The translations under genes were made by a program, and so were the position numbers. Below, piece after piece: positions 41,401-55,051 of a stretch of 64,000 nt of DNA. The DNA comes from Chrysomallon squamiferum (Eukaryota > Animalia > Mollusca). Numbering within the stretch: position 1 is the first letter of the stretch; every line of letters starts with the position of its first letter. The notes under the pieces are model-generated. The model saw only the letters and a list, made by a program, of their open reading frames with translations, had not been told where the DNA came from and did no database searches. The stretch spans positions 7,254,001-7,318,000 of the forward strand of contig CM022675.1 of the NCBI GenBank assembly GCA_012295275.1, given 5' to 3'.

Positions 41401-43329
41401 GTATTATTTAATATAATGTAAGAGGAATATTCAAAGAAAAAAACAATAACATTGCATTTCTAAAAGAAATAGAATAATTTTTTTTTTTTTTTAAAACAAC
41501 AACAAACAAACGTTCATCTACAAAAGAAGTGATTAATTGGTATGTATTTCAGTGTGAAACAGATAAGACAATTTGAATTAATTTGAACTATGAAATTACC
41601 ATTATAGCTAGTAGTTACAGATCGATAGCATGCTGATAATGATGATGACGGTGGTAAGGATGATGATGACATTAATGATGATTATGATGATAAAATAAAA
41701 CAAAGAAAAATAGCTTATTAACAAAATACTCCATGTCTTAAAAAAAAAATCGTCTTCACATCTCACCCCAGCACATCCTCTACAGATTATTTCTGACACC
41801 AGTGAAAGATCACAACAACCTCTGTACTTAATTTCTTTCAAGGATTCTCAGAAAAGCCAAGAAAAAAAAAAAAAATGCTGTTAAAGCGATCAACAGAGGA
41901 ATAAACAGTGTTGGTGATTGTGAAAACACTCGTAATTGGCAAAGTATCTCTGCTAATTGGATGTTACATAACACAAATAGCTCATGACAGGCTGCAGTTT
42001 GTTTGCACTGTATGTGTGGAATAATGGACAGAATTGTTTCTACCTGCTCCAGGAACTAGGCAAGTATTCCATCTGCTGCCTGTTTGGAATAAAAGGATAG
42101 CTGGTTATGTTTGAATTATGTTCTGCTGTTTTGTGAACAACACGTTGGCAGTGTTATTTGTTATGTAAAAGGCATATATGAAGGAGTTCTGAAAGGTTAA
42201 AAAATTAACATGCCACATAAATTGTGTTTTGGACTGAATTCTTGTCTGAATTAAAAATATTGCCCTTGACAGATGTGCTTAATCCTTCTGCCTAATGGAA
42301 AACAGTATAAAATTAACAACACATGCATTTTATTGTTGTTTTTAATTTTACACAACTCGTTCTTTGGCAACGTCTGTTCGTAAATGAATTCAGACTTAAG
42401 CCCGAGTATGCTAAATTGATTATTCAGTAGAAATATCGTAACATAAACTATAAATACACATACATTGTGTTGCCCTGTTTTCAATGCATGTCTCTTAGGA
42501 GTTTAAGTAATTTACATGACAGACGTGCATCAATAATTATCTGTAAGAAACTGGTTTATAAATTATTCAGAAAATAATGTTGCCTGAAATAGTGTTATGG
42601 TCTGAACTGTCTGACAAATCTCTTCCCAAAATATCTGCTAGTACATGTTAGACTGTTTCAGACAGGATTGAGTTTTAATTTAATATTCATTTTAATTTAG
42701 CTGTTTATTCAGTAAATCTATATAACCTGTCAGAACTGATTTTTAAAATAATGACTATAACAAAAGAAAACAACAATTTATTTGCTCCTTTCCAGGAACA
42801 GCAAAAAAAGCCCACCATAAAATAGTCTTTAATATATCAGGTGGGACTTGCTAGAATGGGAAATATACCCAGTGACTATCACTAGGCATCATTGCTAGAT
42901 AATAATATATTCATGTTACATGTCTGTGTTTTTTTTTGTGTGTTTTTTTTAACTACACTGATGAAATTAAAGACCAGCCCCCTTTAAGAGAACCTTTCAG
43001 CTATTTTTAATCTTTCTATAAGTTTTGTATTTCACAGTATCGTACATATAGTTAATATATTGAAGGATTTTTTTTTTTTCACCAAGTCCCTTTAAGAAGC
43101 CTTTTCAGTATTGAAAAACTTAGTCTTGTTCAAAAAAAAAAAGTAATAACCATCCAAGCAAATATCAGAGCAAACACAGAACAGTGAAGGTTTTGAGTCC
43201 CTTTAAGAAATCTTTTTCAAAACCCATGATTTGAGTTGGCTGATTCATTTAGAACAGAGTAGTAACTGACCTAATTGATTGCCAGAGCAGACATATTAGC
43301 TGGATGTAGCTATATTGCATCTCCTACAC

Positions 43330-44140
43330 TGGTACATTTTATTGTAGTCATGTACAAATCTTAACAAATATCTGTTACTGTATAAATTCTCAGATTCAAG
43401 GTTGTTACGATAACATGAGCCACTGTACAAATTGTGTTAACAGTAATGTACATCTTAACAAAACATTTTGTTATGCTATCAAAATTAGGAATTTTTAGTT
43501 CTGGAATTGTCGTTGTTGAGAATATTCAGCCTCTGTGCAGATTACATAGTAGTTATGATTAATTAACATTTGTTATTGTCTGAATTCTAGTTTCACTTGT
43601 ATTCATGGAGTTTTTATGAGAATATTGAGTCACTGTATAATTTTATTGTCATGTACGTGTTATTATGTACAAAGATTTGCTGAATTATCTAAATTATGAG
43701 GTTTTGAGGTGTTGTGAGAATATTGAGTTCTTGTGGAAATAGTATGGCAGTCATGGACATTTTAACAAACATTTGTTGCTATCAAAATTCAAAAACTCTT
43801 TAGCTGAATTTATGGAATTGTTGATAATCATTGAACTCTTGCACAGATTTTAATGTAGTTATGTACAGCATTTGCTATCAAAATTCTACGGTTTTTTGTG
43901 TTTTTGTTTTATTTACGGAGTTTTTATGAGAATATGAAGTCATTGTACAAGCTGTACTGTAGTCGTGTACATGTTAATTAACTTTTGTTGTTTCCGAATT
44001 GTAAGGTTATTAGTTGAGGAGGAGTTTATAAAAATAATTTGTAGTTGTTGTTCACCTACATTTGTTGCTGTCTAAATTCTAAAGTTATTATTAGCTGAGT
44101 TTGTTGATTTTGTTATGAGAATATTGAGCTTTTAACAAAT
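43330..44140. repeat. Old degenerate tandem repeat, roughly 100-120-bp unit (ATGAGAATATTGAGTCACTGTACAAATT core)
   Basis: GAGAATATT(G/C)AG-like cores near 43518, 43618, 43716, 43928 and 44117. Confidence 0.7.
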
Positions 44141-47100
44141 TTTAATGGTTAAACATCACATTACTTTTAACACAAGGGAGTTTAGAAAATACAACAAACT
44201 AGTCTGGAGTTAATTCTTAAACTGGTGAATGGTTCACATTGAAGCTGAATGAAATAAAGTTTGAGATGAATGAAACTAGTTAATTAAAAAAAAAAAAAAA
44301 ATTCTCATATGCAAGAATAAATTTCACAGATGAGTGACTTTTTGTAGTAAAGACTTTAAGGTAAATGACACTGAAATTTAGTGGTAGATTCAAAAGTGGA
44401 AGAAATGTTATGATAATGACTGAAAGGGTCAGTGACAGTTTTGTAATAAAGATTCAAGGGTGAATGAAACTGAAATTTTGTGATACTCAAAGGCGAACGA
44501 CACTAAGACTTGGTAATTGACTCAAGAATGAACCATCGTGAAATATTGTGATACACTTTAAGGATGAAAAACACCAAAAAGTTTGGTGATAGACTTAAAG
44601 GTGAATGAAATATCGTGATTAAGACAAATGAGTGAATGGTGACTCTGAAAAATGTTTATGAAGCACCAGTCTAATTTATTAATTTGATCATGAACAGAAG
44701 CCTGAACTTTCACAAATTTGAAAGATGTCACTGAGAAAGTTATATTGTATAAGTGATACTCTGAATACTGGAGTTGCATGTCCCCAGTTGTTGAACAACC
44801 AAGCAACGTTGTCTGTGCAGTTAACTGAGTTGTGACGGTAGATGTTCTCAAACTGGTTTAAATCCTTTCAAGAAGCTCTCAAAACACTTGGTAACCTTGT
44901 TTGTTAGACACTTGGTGCCATTGTCGTCTTCAACAATCATTATTGAGTGAAATTTATTATTATCTTTTTTTCTAAAAGAGATTTATTCAGTTCAATTACT
45001 GCTGTATAAGTGAAATCATGAACCATCACTGTACCGATAATTTTTCTTTAATACTCATTATTGACGGAACCTTATTGTTATGTGCTTTTTTTTTTTTTTT
45101 TTTTTTTTTTTTTCTTTCTTTAAAGGGATTTATTTAGTTCGGTTATTGGTGTATTAGGGAAAATCATGAACCGTCACTGTACAGGTAATTTTTCTTTAAT
45201 GTTTACCTGTTTGGATTAATTTGATTTGAAGCCACTGAAGGATGCAGTTATAAATAAGTAATTGAAGATTTTCGTTTAAACGTATTTGCAGGTTGTTTGC
45301 TGTGCTTCAGCAGCTTTCATGTTCACAAAACTACTGTGTAATTATAGACTGGATGCTTCTTGAATAATTCAATGATTTTATTTATTTATTATTTTTTTTG
45401 GCTATTTTAAAGATTATTTTCTATATATTCATTTTCTTTCTTACTTTTTTTTTTTTTTCCTTTTTCTTATTCTTATCCTCTTTCATTTTGCTTCATTTTG
45501 ATGATTTTTTTTTATCCTTTATCATCCTTTTTTTATCGTTTCTTTTTTCTTCTCTTTAAAACTGTTTTTATCGTATTTCATTATGATTTTTATTCCCTTT
45601 TTTTTTATTTTCCTCTGTACTTAAATTCTTATGAGATTACTTTTATGTTACACGCAACATTGTCTTTTATTGGTATTCTCTGAAATAACTTTGAGTGATT
45701 TAGACTCCACATAATGTATACCACAAGTAATGTTTGATACTTCTCTTAGTGTTGCTAGGAAACAGTGTTTTACAATGATTGTATAATAAAAAATAAAAAA
45801 AAATAAAAAAAAAAAAAAGATTGATGGAATATTACCGTTGTTTTTATTGCTGTTGTCGAATTAGAAAAAAAAAATCTTAAATGATGATGATGGTGCTGTG
45901 TATGTGTTTGAGAGAGAGAGACAGAAAGAGAGAGGAGAAAAGGGTTTTGTGAGAAGGAAAGAATAAAAGAAGAGAGCAAGGAAAAAAAGGACAGAGGTGA
46001 CGGAAAGAAAGAAAAAGAGAAATGAGGAGAACTGGAAAATACACTGAGAAACAAAACATGCTGTAACTTTCATGGTAATTTGTGTAGTTGAGTTGTGGGT
46101 CTTTCAGTCTGTGTGTGTGTGTGTGTGTGTGTGGTTTCCAAAGTCCTCTTAAGTTCATATCATGACCCTGACCTTGACCTTAACCTTAACCTTGACCCCA
46201 GCAGAAAAACTAATCACCTGATTCTAATCCTGGCGAAAAATGGTAAAATGAATTATTTTACTACTTGTTAATCTTGGTCCTCTGTTACAGGCATCACATT
46301 TCAGGGGCCACTTTCTTTATAAATGTGATCAAATTGCATTGTTAGATTTATCATCAAGATGACTCCACGGAGAACACAGTTATTTATTTCCCTGCCAGAT
46401 ATCCTGGAATGCCCAGCAGACTCGTTAACTTTGGAGAGATCCATTTTTTTTTTTTTTTTTTTTGTTTTACATGTTTCATTTTAAATGGAGGTCTTCTGAC
46501 AAGAAGATAGAAAAGTCACACGACTTTTGGTCCTAAGGTTATTCTTTGTTATCTAGGGTTTTTTTTAATACTGGTGGGTGGGAAATCTTTTTTTATTTTT
46601 TTATTTTTTTTGATGAGAATAGATAGTGTGGGTTTTTTCCTGTATGTATTTGTTGTGTTGTGTATTTTGTATTTTATGGTTGGTGTTGTAAATAGAGATC
46701 TTTTGAAAAGAAGATAAAGATGCCATGATTTTTGATTTTTTTCTTGTGAATGTTTTTTTTTTTTTTTCTGTTTTAAGTTGTTGTTGTTATTAGTATTAAG
46801 GTTGTTGTTGTTATTGTTAATGTTGTTATGATTAATATTGCTGTAATTATTATTATTATTATTATACCATATTTATATAGCCCTTTTTCCATATCAAAGT
46901 TCAAAGGTGCTTTACAGTCTAAACTATTAAACTAAAATATAAAAAGACATGGACATAAACATATTAAAATAAATGTAAACACAATGGTGAACATGTTAAA
47001 ATGGTGGTAAAAATAAATGAGTTACATTTAAGAATTGTTTAAGATAATCAACAGATTAGTCTGAACATTTTAAAATTGGGGAAAAAAATGAAGAAAAAAA

Positions 47101-49113
47101 ACGAACAACAACAACAATAAGAAAAAACTTTAAAAAAAATATATATATACCATCATAAATAACTTAATATATACCATCAACAATATATTAAGGTTGTTGT
47201 TACAGAAAAATGTTTTCCATTTAGATTATGGTTATATAGGGATTTATTTTGACAAAAAAATAAAAAATAAAAACAGAAGAAAAAAAATCAATATTTTGAG
47301 CTTTATTAGTTCTTTCTCTGTGTAAAATTAATTCTATTATCTATTTATTTATTTATTTATTATTTGTGTCTTACTTGTATGACATCTTGTGACTTGAAGA
47401 AAAAAACAAAATCTTGCTGAGTTTGTATTATTTTTAAAAACATTTTTAACTGATTTACTTTGTTGTATTTTATTTTTGTGCTCTTTGAAAACCTTTTGAA
47501 GAAAATGTTAGAAAAGATCTTCGTTTCAGATTTGTTTTTCTTTTATCTTTCTTTTTTTTTTTTTTTCTTTTTTGTAATTTCCTCACTTAAGCAGTTTCCT
47601 GTTTTGTGATTTTTAATTCTGCAGTTAATGGAAATCTTTGAAGTGTCATTTGAAAGGTCAAGGTTTTTTAAACATGTCATTTTTATTTTGCAATTTGTAA
47701 ATTTTATTATTTTTAACTTTTGTTCTGTTTTAAATTTGATTTTTATCATTTTTATTTTTTGTTTTGTTATTTGTAAATTTATTATTTTTATCCTGTTTTG
47801 ATATTTTAAATGAATTATATTTTTATTTAATTTTTAAATTTTTAAATTTATGTATTTTTTTGTTGTTGTCAGATTACTGTTTCTGCAGTTTTAATTTATT
47901 ATTTATTATTTTAAGTTTACATTTTACATTAAATTTATTTCGTTACTTTCACTACATTTTATTTAATTTTTAAAATTTTAAATTAGTTTCATATATGTTT
48001 ATTTTTATTTTTTCTTATATTTGATTTATCTTTAATGCATGAGATTTTTAGATTTTATTTTTTACATTTTATAACAGTATTGTGTTTTTACATTTGTTAC
48101 ATCAGTTTTTATAAAAGGCTAATTTAGAAAACTTATTCTGTGGTCTTTCAAGTAATGCCTGTAGTTACTCTGTTTTGAAAATCTTTTGAAACAAGAAGTT
48201 AAGATGTATATCTAAAATTTATTTTTACACTTCATTTTTACTGAAATATGCTGAAAATGTTTCTGAGAACGAATATTCAGATGTTACACATCATTTACAA
48301 ACATCTCATTATGTGATTTTTGTTTTCTGTTTGCTGTTTCTTACAAGTGCATTTACAGAGAGTTTTTTTTTTATAGGAAGATAGCAAGGTCAAGGTTTGC
48401 GCCTAAAAGGAAATGTATTGTTTTCTTTTGTTCTACTTCCTTATTTGTCTATTTGTTTGGAAATCCTTTGTAAATAAGATAGGAAAGTCAAGGTTTTTGG
48501 CCTAGAGACTGGTTTTTTTTTTTTTTCTTCATATATATATATATATATATATACACTGCTTCCTATTTCATATAGTGTGTTATGTCTGTGTTTAAGGTGA
48601 TATTTTAGACGCTAGCAAGGTCAAGGTTGTAAGCCTGAGGAATACTTTGTAATCCTATTTCAGGACACAAAAAATTATATTATAAATTTTTTAATATCTT
48701 TTAATGTTTTATAGCTTTTAAAACCATTTTATAAAACTATTCTTTATCTCTTTCTCTTGTAAAAATATGGTGTTTAGTTACTTGTTAATGGAAAAATTGG
48801 TTTAAAATATATTTCTGAAGTTTTATCATAATTGGTAAATTAACTGGAAAACAAAATTATATTTAAGGTCTATTTTATTATTTTCATTTCTTTTTATTTA
48901 TGATTAAATACTACTACTACTACTACTACTATGGCTATTACTACTGTTACCACTACTACAATAATATCATCAATAATAACAGAAACAAAAATATATATGA
49001 AAAATAAATAATAAATAAGAATTTATAAAAGTAAAAGAAAGATGAACATTACATAATTAAACAAATTAATTAAATAAATAAAATTAACTATAAATAATAA
49101 ATAATTAAGAAAT

Positions 49114-49246
49114 GAAAAAGAAAAAAGGAAAGTAAATATAATAAGTCTAAGATAAATAATACCAAAAGAACCATATAAAAAAGAAAAAAGGAAAGTAAAT
49201 ATAATAAATCTAAGATAAATAATACCAAAAGAACCATATAAAAAAC
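49114..49246. repeat. Near-perfect ~62-bp tandem duplication
   Basis: AAAAGAAAAAAGGAAAGTAAATATAATAAxTCTAAGATAAATAATACCAAAAGAACCATATAAAAA occurs twice. Confidence 0.9.
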
Positions 49247-49628
49247 AACCAAAAAACTTCATCACTAACTCAGTAACTGAAATTGCACCAGAAATATTGA
49301 CTTCAAAGATGGCTGCACTAAATGACAAAATTGTACTACTTTCTACAGGGCTGTTTCCAATTTTAATTAGACAGTGATCAGCTGGTCTTAATTAGCTGAG
49401 TACAAAACCAAAGATATTCCTGGGGTTATTTGTTCTAAATAATGTGCCTTCAGGGGATTTCAAATTACCAAGAATCGAGGGAGTGTTTCTGATGCATTTG
49501 CAATGAAGTTTCATGTTAGATGCTGTACTTAATTAAAACCAGGCAAGAATATGCAGACATGGGTGATGTGGGCAGACTTATTATTATTATTTTCTTTTTG
49601 ATTTTTTAAAATAAAGTCATGAAAGGAT

Positions 49629-49667
<39 letters not shown>

Positions 49668-51889
49668 ATAACAAGGGAGAGAGATAAACAGAGAGAGAGA
49701 GAGAGAGGAGATAGAGAGAAGAAATAGAGAGAAGAGAGAGAGGAAATAGAGAAGAGAGAAAGAGAGGATTAAGTGAGAGAGAGAGATAATTAGAATGACA
49801 GAGGGAGAGAAGAACACACAGATACAAAAAAGATTAAAGAAAAAAGAGATAAATGATAATAAACAAGGATATGCGAGTAGAATGAAATGAAGACAGAAAT
49901 GTAATAAAAATGTATTGAATTGTGTTTATGAATGGCATGTCTGAGAGTGCATATATGTGTATGTGAATGTCTGTCAAGCATGTGTGTGTGTCTGTGTGAG
50001 TTACTTTGAATACCGTAAACCAATCAAATCACTGAACTTCAGAAAACCCTCATTTAAGACAATGCAATTTAACCCATAATTCTCTACCAATCACCATGAC
50101 AATGTTTGTTGTAGCTTGATATGGAGACATACATCACTGATTAAATTAACTTTTCCGCCCGCCCGCTGCAGAACTTTTCATCTGAACTCGGTTACTGATT
50201 ACAGTCAGTGGAAATTAAACGTCCATTTTGTCTGGTACCATGAATCTGCAGGTTCTGTTGCTTCCAAAGAGCATGTGGAGATTGCGAAGGAAAGAGCTCC
50301 CCCATCGTGGCAGCTTATTGCACAAATGTTTGATGAATTGGCTATTGACATGTCTTACGGTCATCTGGGACTTGTAGTTTCAAAGAGTTGTTGCTGCTGC
50401 TGCGGCCGATTCCGAATAGGTTTCTGTTTGTCTGAAATTGCATCTTGCAGATTCCGACAAATTGCTAATTTGAAATTAAAATAATTTTTTTTTTAATTTA
50501 ATTTTATTTTTGTAAACTGGAGTTAGTTGTTGATATTTATAATGGTATATATATATTTTTTTAAAGTTTTTATATTGTTGATATTGTTGTTATTATTATT
50601 ATTAGTAGTAGTATTAATACAAATATTATTAATGTTAATATTTTTTTGATTAAAGTACACTTGATAAATAAAATATTACTTTATCTTATGAGGTTTTATT
50701 ACTGTCATTATCAAATATACATGTGTAAGAAATTATAAATAAATAATTAAAAATTGTATATAATAAAATTAATAATAAATTAATAAATAAATAAATAAAT
50801 TTATAAATAATAATAATACTAATGATATTCATTAACATAACAAAAATGTCATTGCATAAACTATAGAAGATTTTAAAACGGTGTATAAAACTATAAATCT
50901 ATATTACTATGTTGTATAAAAAGTGTATTAAAATATTACATATATAAAACAGTTACCCAAGAACTTTCAAGATATTTTTAAATTTAATAACAATAAAAAC
51001 AACAGCAAAAACAACAGCAACAACAACAATAAAAACACTGTCAGAGAAAATAACCATTTCTCTTTCATTATATTTTTCATCACCGCGCAATTACAGTTTA
51101 CGACAGTACTGAACATTTTACGTTGTTCTTTTTACACACACTTTTATTATTTTTCCCCCCTCAAATCAATAAACTTCTATTATCCTTCGATGAATGCGTT
51201 GTCAGAAAAGAGGAAGTACAGACATTGATTAGGCACATTACATCTCAAAATTGACCACAAATTCTAACCCAAAGTGTTGTCCAATCAACGTTTTTTTGTC
51301 TTGCCAGATACGATAATACACTCCAGTAATTCCAAAGTACTGCTATGGATCCCATGTCATTATAACCTTTTTTTTTTTCTTTTGTACAATCAAAAAATAT
51401 ATATAAAAAAAAGTTCTACAGTAATCTTGTAACTTTTTATTTTTCTTCAACGTAATGCAAAATACGATAATTGCAAAAATGTTTTTTTTTTTTCCTGTTG
51501 TGTGATGCAGGACAGAAATAATAATAATAATAATATATTGCTTCTGATTCAGTGTCTTTCATTTTCAGTCCCCCCCCCACAAGATGATTGTAATATGATT
51601 TTTTTATTTGTTTTATTTATTGTTATTGTTACTATTATTATTATTTTTATTATTAATATTATTATTATTATCATGTTTATTATCATGTTCGTTATTTTCT
51701 TTATTACCTCGCAAATTATATTTTTTCTAATTCAGTTTTCTGGGTTTTTTTGTTTCACACATTAATGATAAAAGATTTTTGACTGATTTAGTGTTATGGA
51801 TCTTGCGTTCTTTCTGCCTGAAAAGCAACAAGTAAAATTGAATCATCTGGTAGTGATGTTGAGAGACTGATGATGATGTGATTGTGAAA

Positions 51890-52390
51890 AAATCAGTATT
51901 GTGACTGAGATAAAATCAATAATATTGTGATTGAGATAAGATCAATAATATTAACTGAAATTGTGAATGAAATAAGATCAATATAATATCGTGATTGAAA
52001 TAAAATCAATAATATTGTGATTGAGATAAGATCAATGATGTGATTGAGATAAGATAACTGAAATTGTGAATGAAATAAGATCAATAATATTGTGATTCAG
52101 ATAAGATCAGTGATGTTGAGATTGAGATAAGATCAATAATATTGTGACTGATATAAGATCAGTAATATTGTGAATGAAATAAAATCAGTGATGTGATTGA
52201 TATAAGATTAATAATATTGTGATTGAGATAAGATCAATGATATGACTGATATAAGATAAATAATATTGTGACTGATATAAGATCAGTAATATTGTGAATG
52301 AAATAAAATCAATGATGTGATTGATATAAGATTAATAATATTGTGATTGAGATAAAATCAGTCTTGTGATTGGAACAAAATCAGTAATGT
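51890..52390. repeat. ~24-27-bp minisatellite (AATAATATTGTGATTGAGATAAGATC)
   Basis: About 20 degenerate units are directly visible. Confidence 0.9.
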
Positions 52391-52869
52391 GATAAAAATA
52401 AAACCTACACTGTCTTCGCTGAAATCCAAACATCAGTGTTAATGTGAAAAACTTTTATTTTTATTTTTTATTTCTTTAATTTTTTTAAATTATAAATAGA
52501 CATTCGAATGGACACATAAACTTTGCACAGTGTGATGTATTTTATTCCTGACTTACGAGGTCTCTGCAGTTTGACAGTTGTCATAACATTCTGTGTTGAT
52601 GTATTAGAGTGCTGCTGACTGGACCCACAATGTCTGACAGAAACTCGAGTAGTCACGACAGTTAGCGATGATGCATTGGAACACGACTGACTGCACAGAG
52701 ACTGAGGAAATTGTTAAAATTGATCTCCAGTACTGGTCTGTCTGTGTTTCTGTCTGTTCCCTGACATCTGATTTAATACTGATGATGGTGGTGGTAACAG
52801 AAACGGATTAGGACATTACTGGAATACGTTTAAAAAAATTATTTTTTAAGTTTTATTTTTTACTTGTGG

Positions 52870-52901
52870 TATTTATTATTAATGTTATTGTTATGATTAT
52901 G

Positions 52902-52948
<47 letters not shown>

Positions 52949-53160
52949 GATTTTTATGATTATGATTATGATGGTTATTATTATTACTACTACTACTACT
53001 ACTACTACTACAACTACTATTACTACTACTACTACTACAACTACTACTACTACTACTATTATTGCTGCTGATGCTGCTTGTATCACCACTACCATTACCA
53101 CTACCACCAGCACCACTATTATTACTACTAATATCACCACTATCATCATCATCATCATTA
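52870..53160. repeat. (ATT)n-(ACT)n-(ATC)n trinucleotide field
   Basis: Directly visible. Confidence 0.93.
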
Positions 53161-53770
53161 ATGTTCTAAAAGGATCTTTTAAGTTCATGTGTAACAGTTT
53201 TAAACATTATATTTTTATACATATTTGTATTTAACATAGTTTTATTTTTTAATTTGTTATAAAATATATGCACCATGGTTTGAACATTGGTTCTTATCAC
53301 TCATGCAATTTATATATTAAATAGTTTTATACACCAGTTTTAAAATGGATCCAAAAATGACTCTCCAGTCAAATTCCAGTCACATTAATGATTTGCATTC
53401 TGTTCAAACACTGAATTAATGAGAACCATTCTTTCATGACTGGTTTGGCAGACGTAATGTCAGACATCTTGAATCCCTTGCAAACCCATCTTTAAATAAT
53501 TAATGGCAAGTGATAAAAATAAATCGAAGCAGCAAAATGATTGAGAAATAATTGCTCCGGTATGCATGTTAATTGTCAGACATGTTCCTTTGAAGTGTAG
53601 TCTGGTACAATTAGTAATGGCTTTGGTTAGCAGGGTCAGGGGTCAAGGTTAAAAGGTGCCCATGACCTGCAGGATCAACAGACCTGGAGATCATAAAATC
53701 TGTAAAAAGATAAAGTTAAGAAAGAAATTAATTGGCTATGGTCTGTGTATTTTAGGTTTGTGAGTGTGTC

Positions 53771-53850
<80 letters not shown>

Positions 53851-54066
53851 TGTCTGCCTGTATTTATGTGAGTGAGAGAGACAGTTAATTTAAATTTGTG
53901 TTATAGAGGATGGTTCTATAGTACAGTAGTTCAGCAGTTCTATCCTCATCACTGGACCCATTTGGCTGCTTCCACAACTAATGTAATTTACTATATAGGT
54001 TTTATATTATATACAGAAGGTGATTCTTTAATCATCATCAACATCAAATTCACTAACATCATCATT

Positions 54067-54097
<31 letters not shown>

Positions 54098-54179
54098 ACA
54101 TCAGTTTTATTAATCAGTTCCATAACTGTTACATAATCAGCATTTATATTCAAATTTTCAAACTTTTATCTTTTTCCAG

Positions 54180-54371
54180 GCCCTTCCAACATGAACCCTC
54201 CGAAGGTTCCTGCAAAGCCTAGATACTTCAAGCCAGCGTTAACATCAGCATCGCCACCGTTGCATCGGCCTGTCAAGTCATACAGTGCAGACCATGTCCA
54301 ATCTTTTAGCAACATCCCCAGCAGCAGCTCTCTGGCAGGGGCTCAGTCTCTTGCGTCCGTCGATACTGCAG
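54180..54371 (+). CDS. TANC2: TANC/rols-like gene, Pro/Ser-rich linker exon
   Basis: TTTTTCCAG| acceptor and CAG|GTAAAT donor. GPSNMNPPKVPAKPRYFKPALTSASPPLHRPVKSYSADHVQSFSNIPSSSSLAGAQSLASVDTA. 192 nt, phase 1-1, GC-rich relative to flanks. Confidence 0.82.
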
Positions 54372-55051
54372 GTAAATGACAGTGATTGGAAATTAATGTT
54401 TAATATGTTTTTGTCACACAGTTTATCGTTAATGGTTGGTAGATGTCAAGCATAGGGAGTTTATGTAATGGATGTGCTGATTTTGTCAGTGGAAAGATAA
54501 AAATGAAAGATTTTTCTTGATATAAAAATGTGTCAGAGAAGAAAAAACTACCAATTTCAAAAACTTAATTGTTAGTAAAGCCACATTGTTGAGACTTTTG
54601 ATGATAGTTTGATAATTAAGAATTTTATGGCTTTATTGACTTTTATTCATATGGGCATGCATGTTCCCATCTTATTTATATATAAACTGAGATTGTATTT
54701 GTGAAAAAGAAAATGAGAGAGACAGAGAAAGAGAGAGGGAGAGAGAGAGAGTGTATGTGTGTATGTATGTGAATGAGTCAGTCAGTACTAAATACTATTA
54801 TCTGCTTATATTCTACCAAAATAAATTAACTTGATACATTTTTTATGTTTATTAAACTTTAAAGCTAACAACACAACTATTAAATTTTTATTAAAATCTT
54901 TACATCAGTTTTATATTTAAAAAAATGTATTAACAGCTTTTTATTTTTCATTACTTTTACTTTAAGAAATAATTTTTAAATTTTGATTTGGGTTTCTTCT
55001 AATGTTTATATTCCTTCACCAGATATTTTTAATTTTTAAAATTTATTTCAG

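Larger units (their letters stand above)
16753..54179 (+). other. Giant (37,427 bp) GT-AG intron between the RING module and the gene body
   Basis: Phase-1 donor at 16753 matches phase-1 acceptor at 54179. I found no convincing internal coding exon, but small ones could be missed. Confidence 0.7.

Noticed and set aside
46181-46192. Telomere-like repeat
   Set aside because: TAACCT/TGACCT hexamers do not match TTAGGG or TTAGG arrays and are very short.
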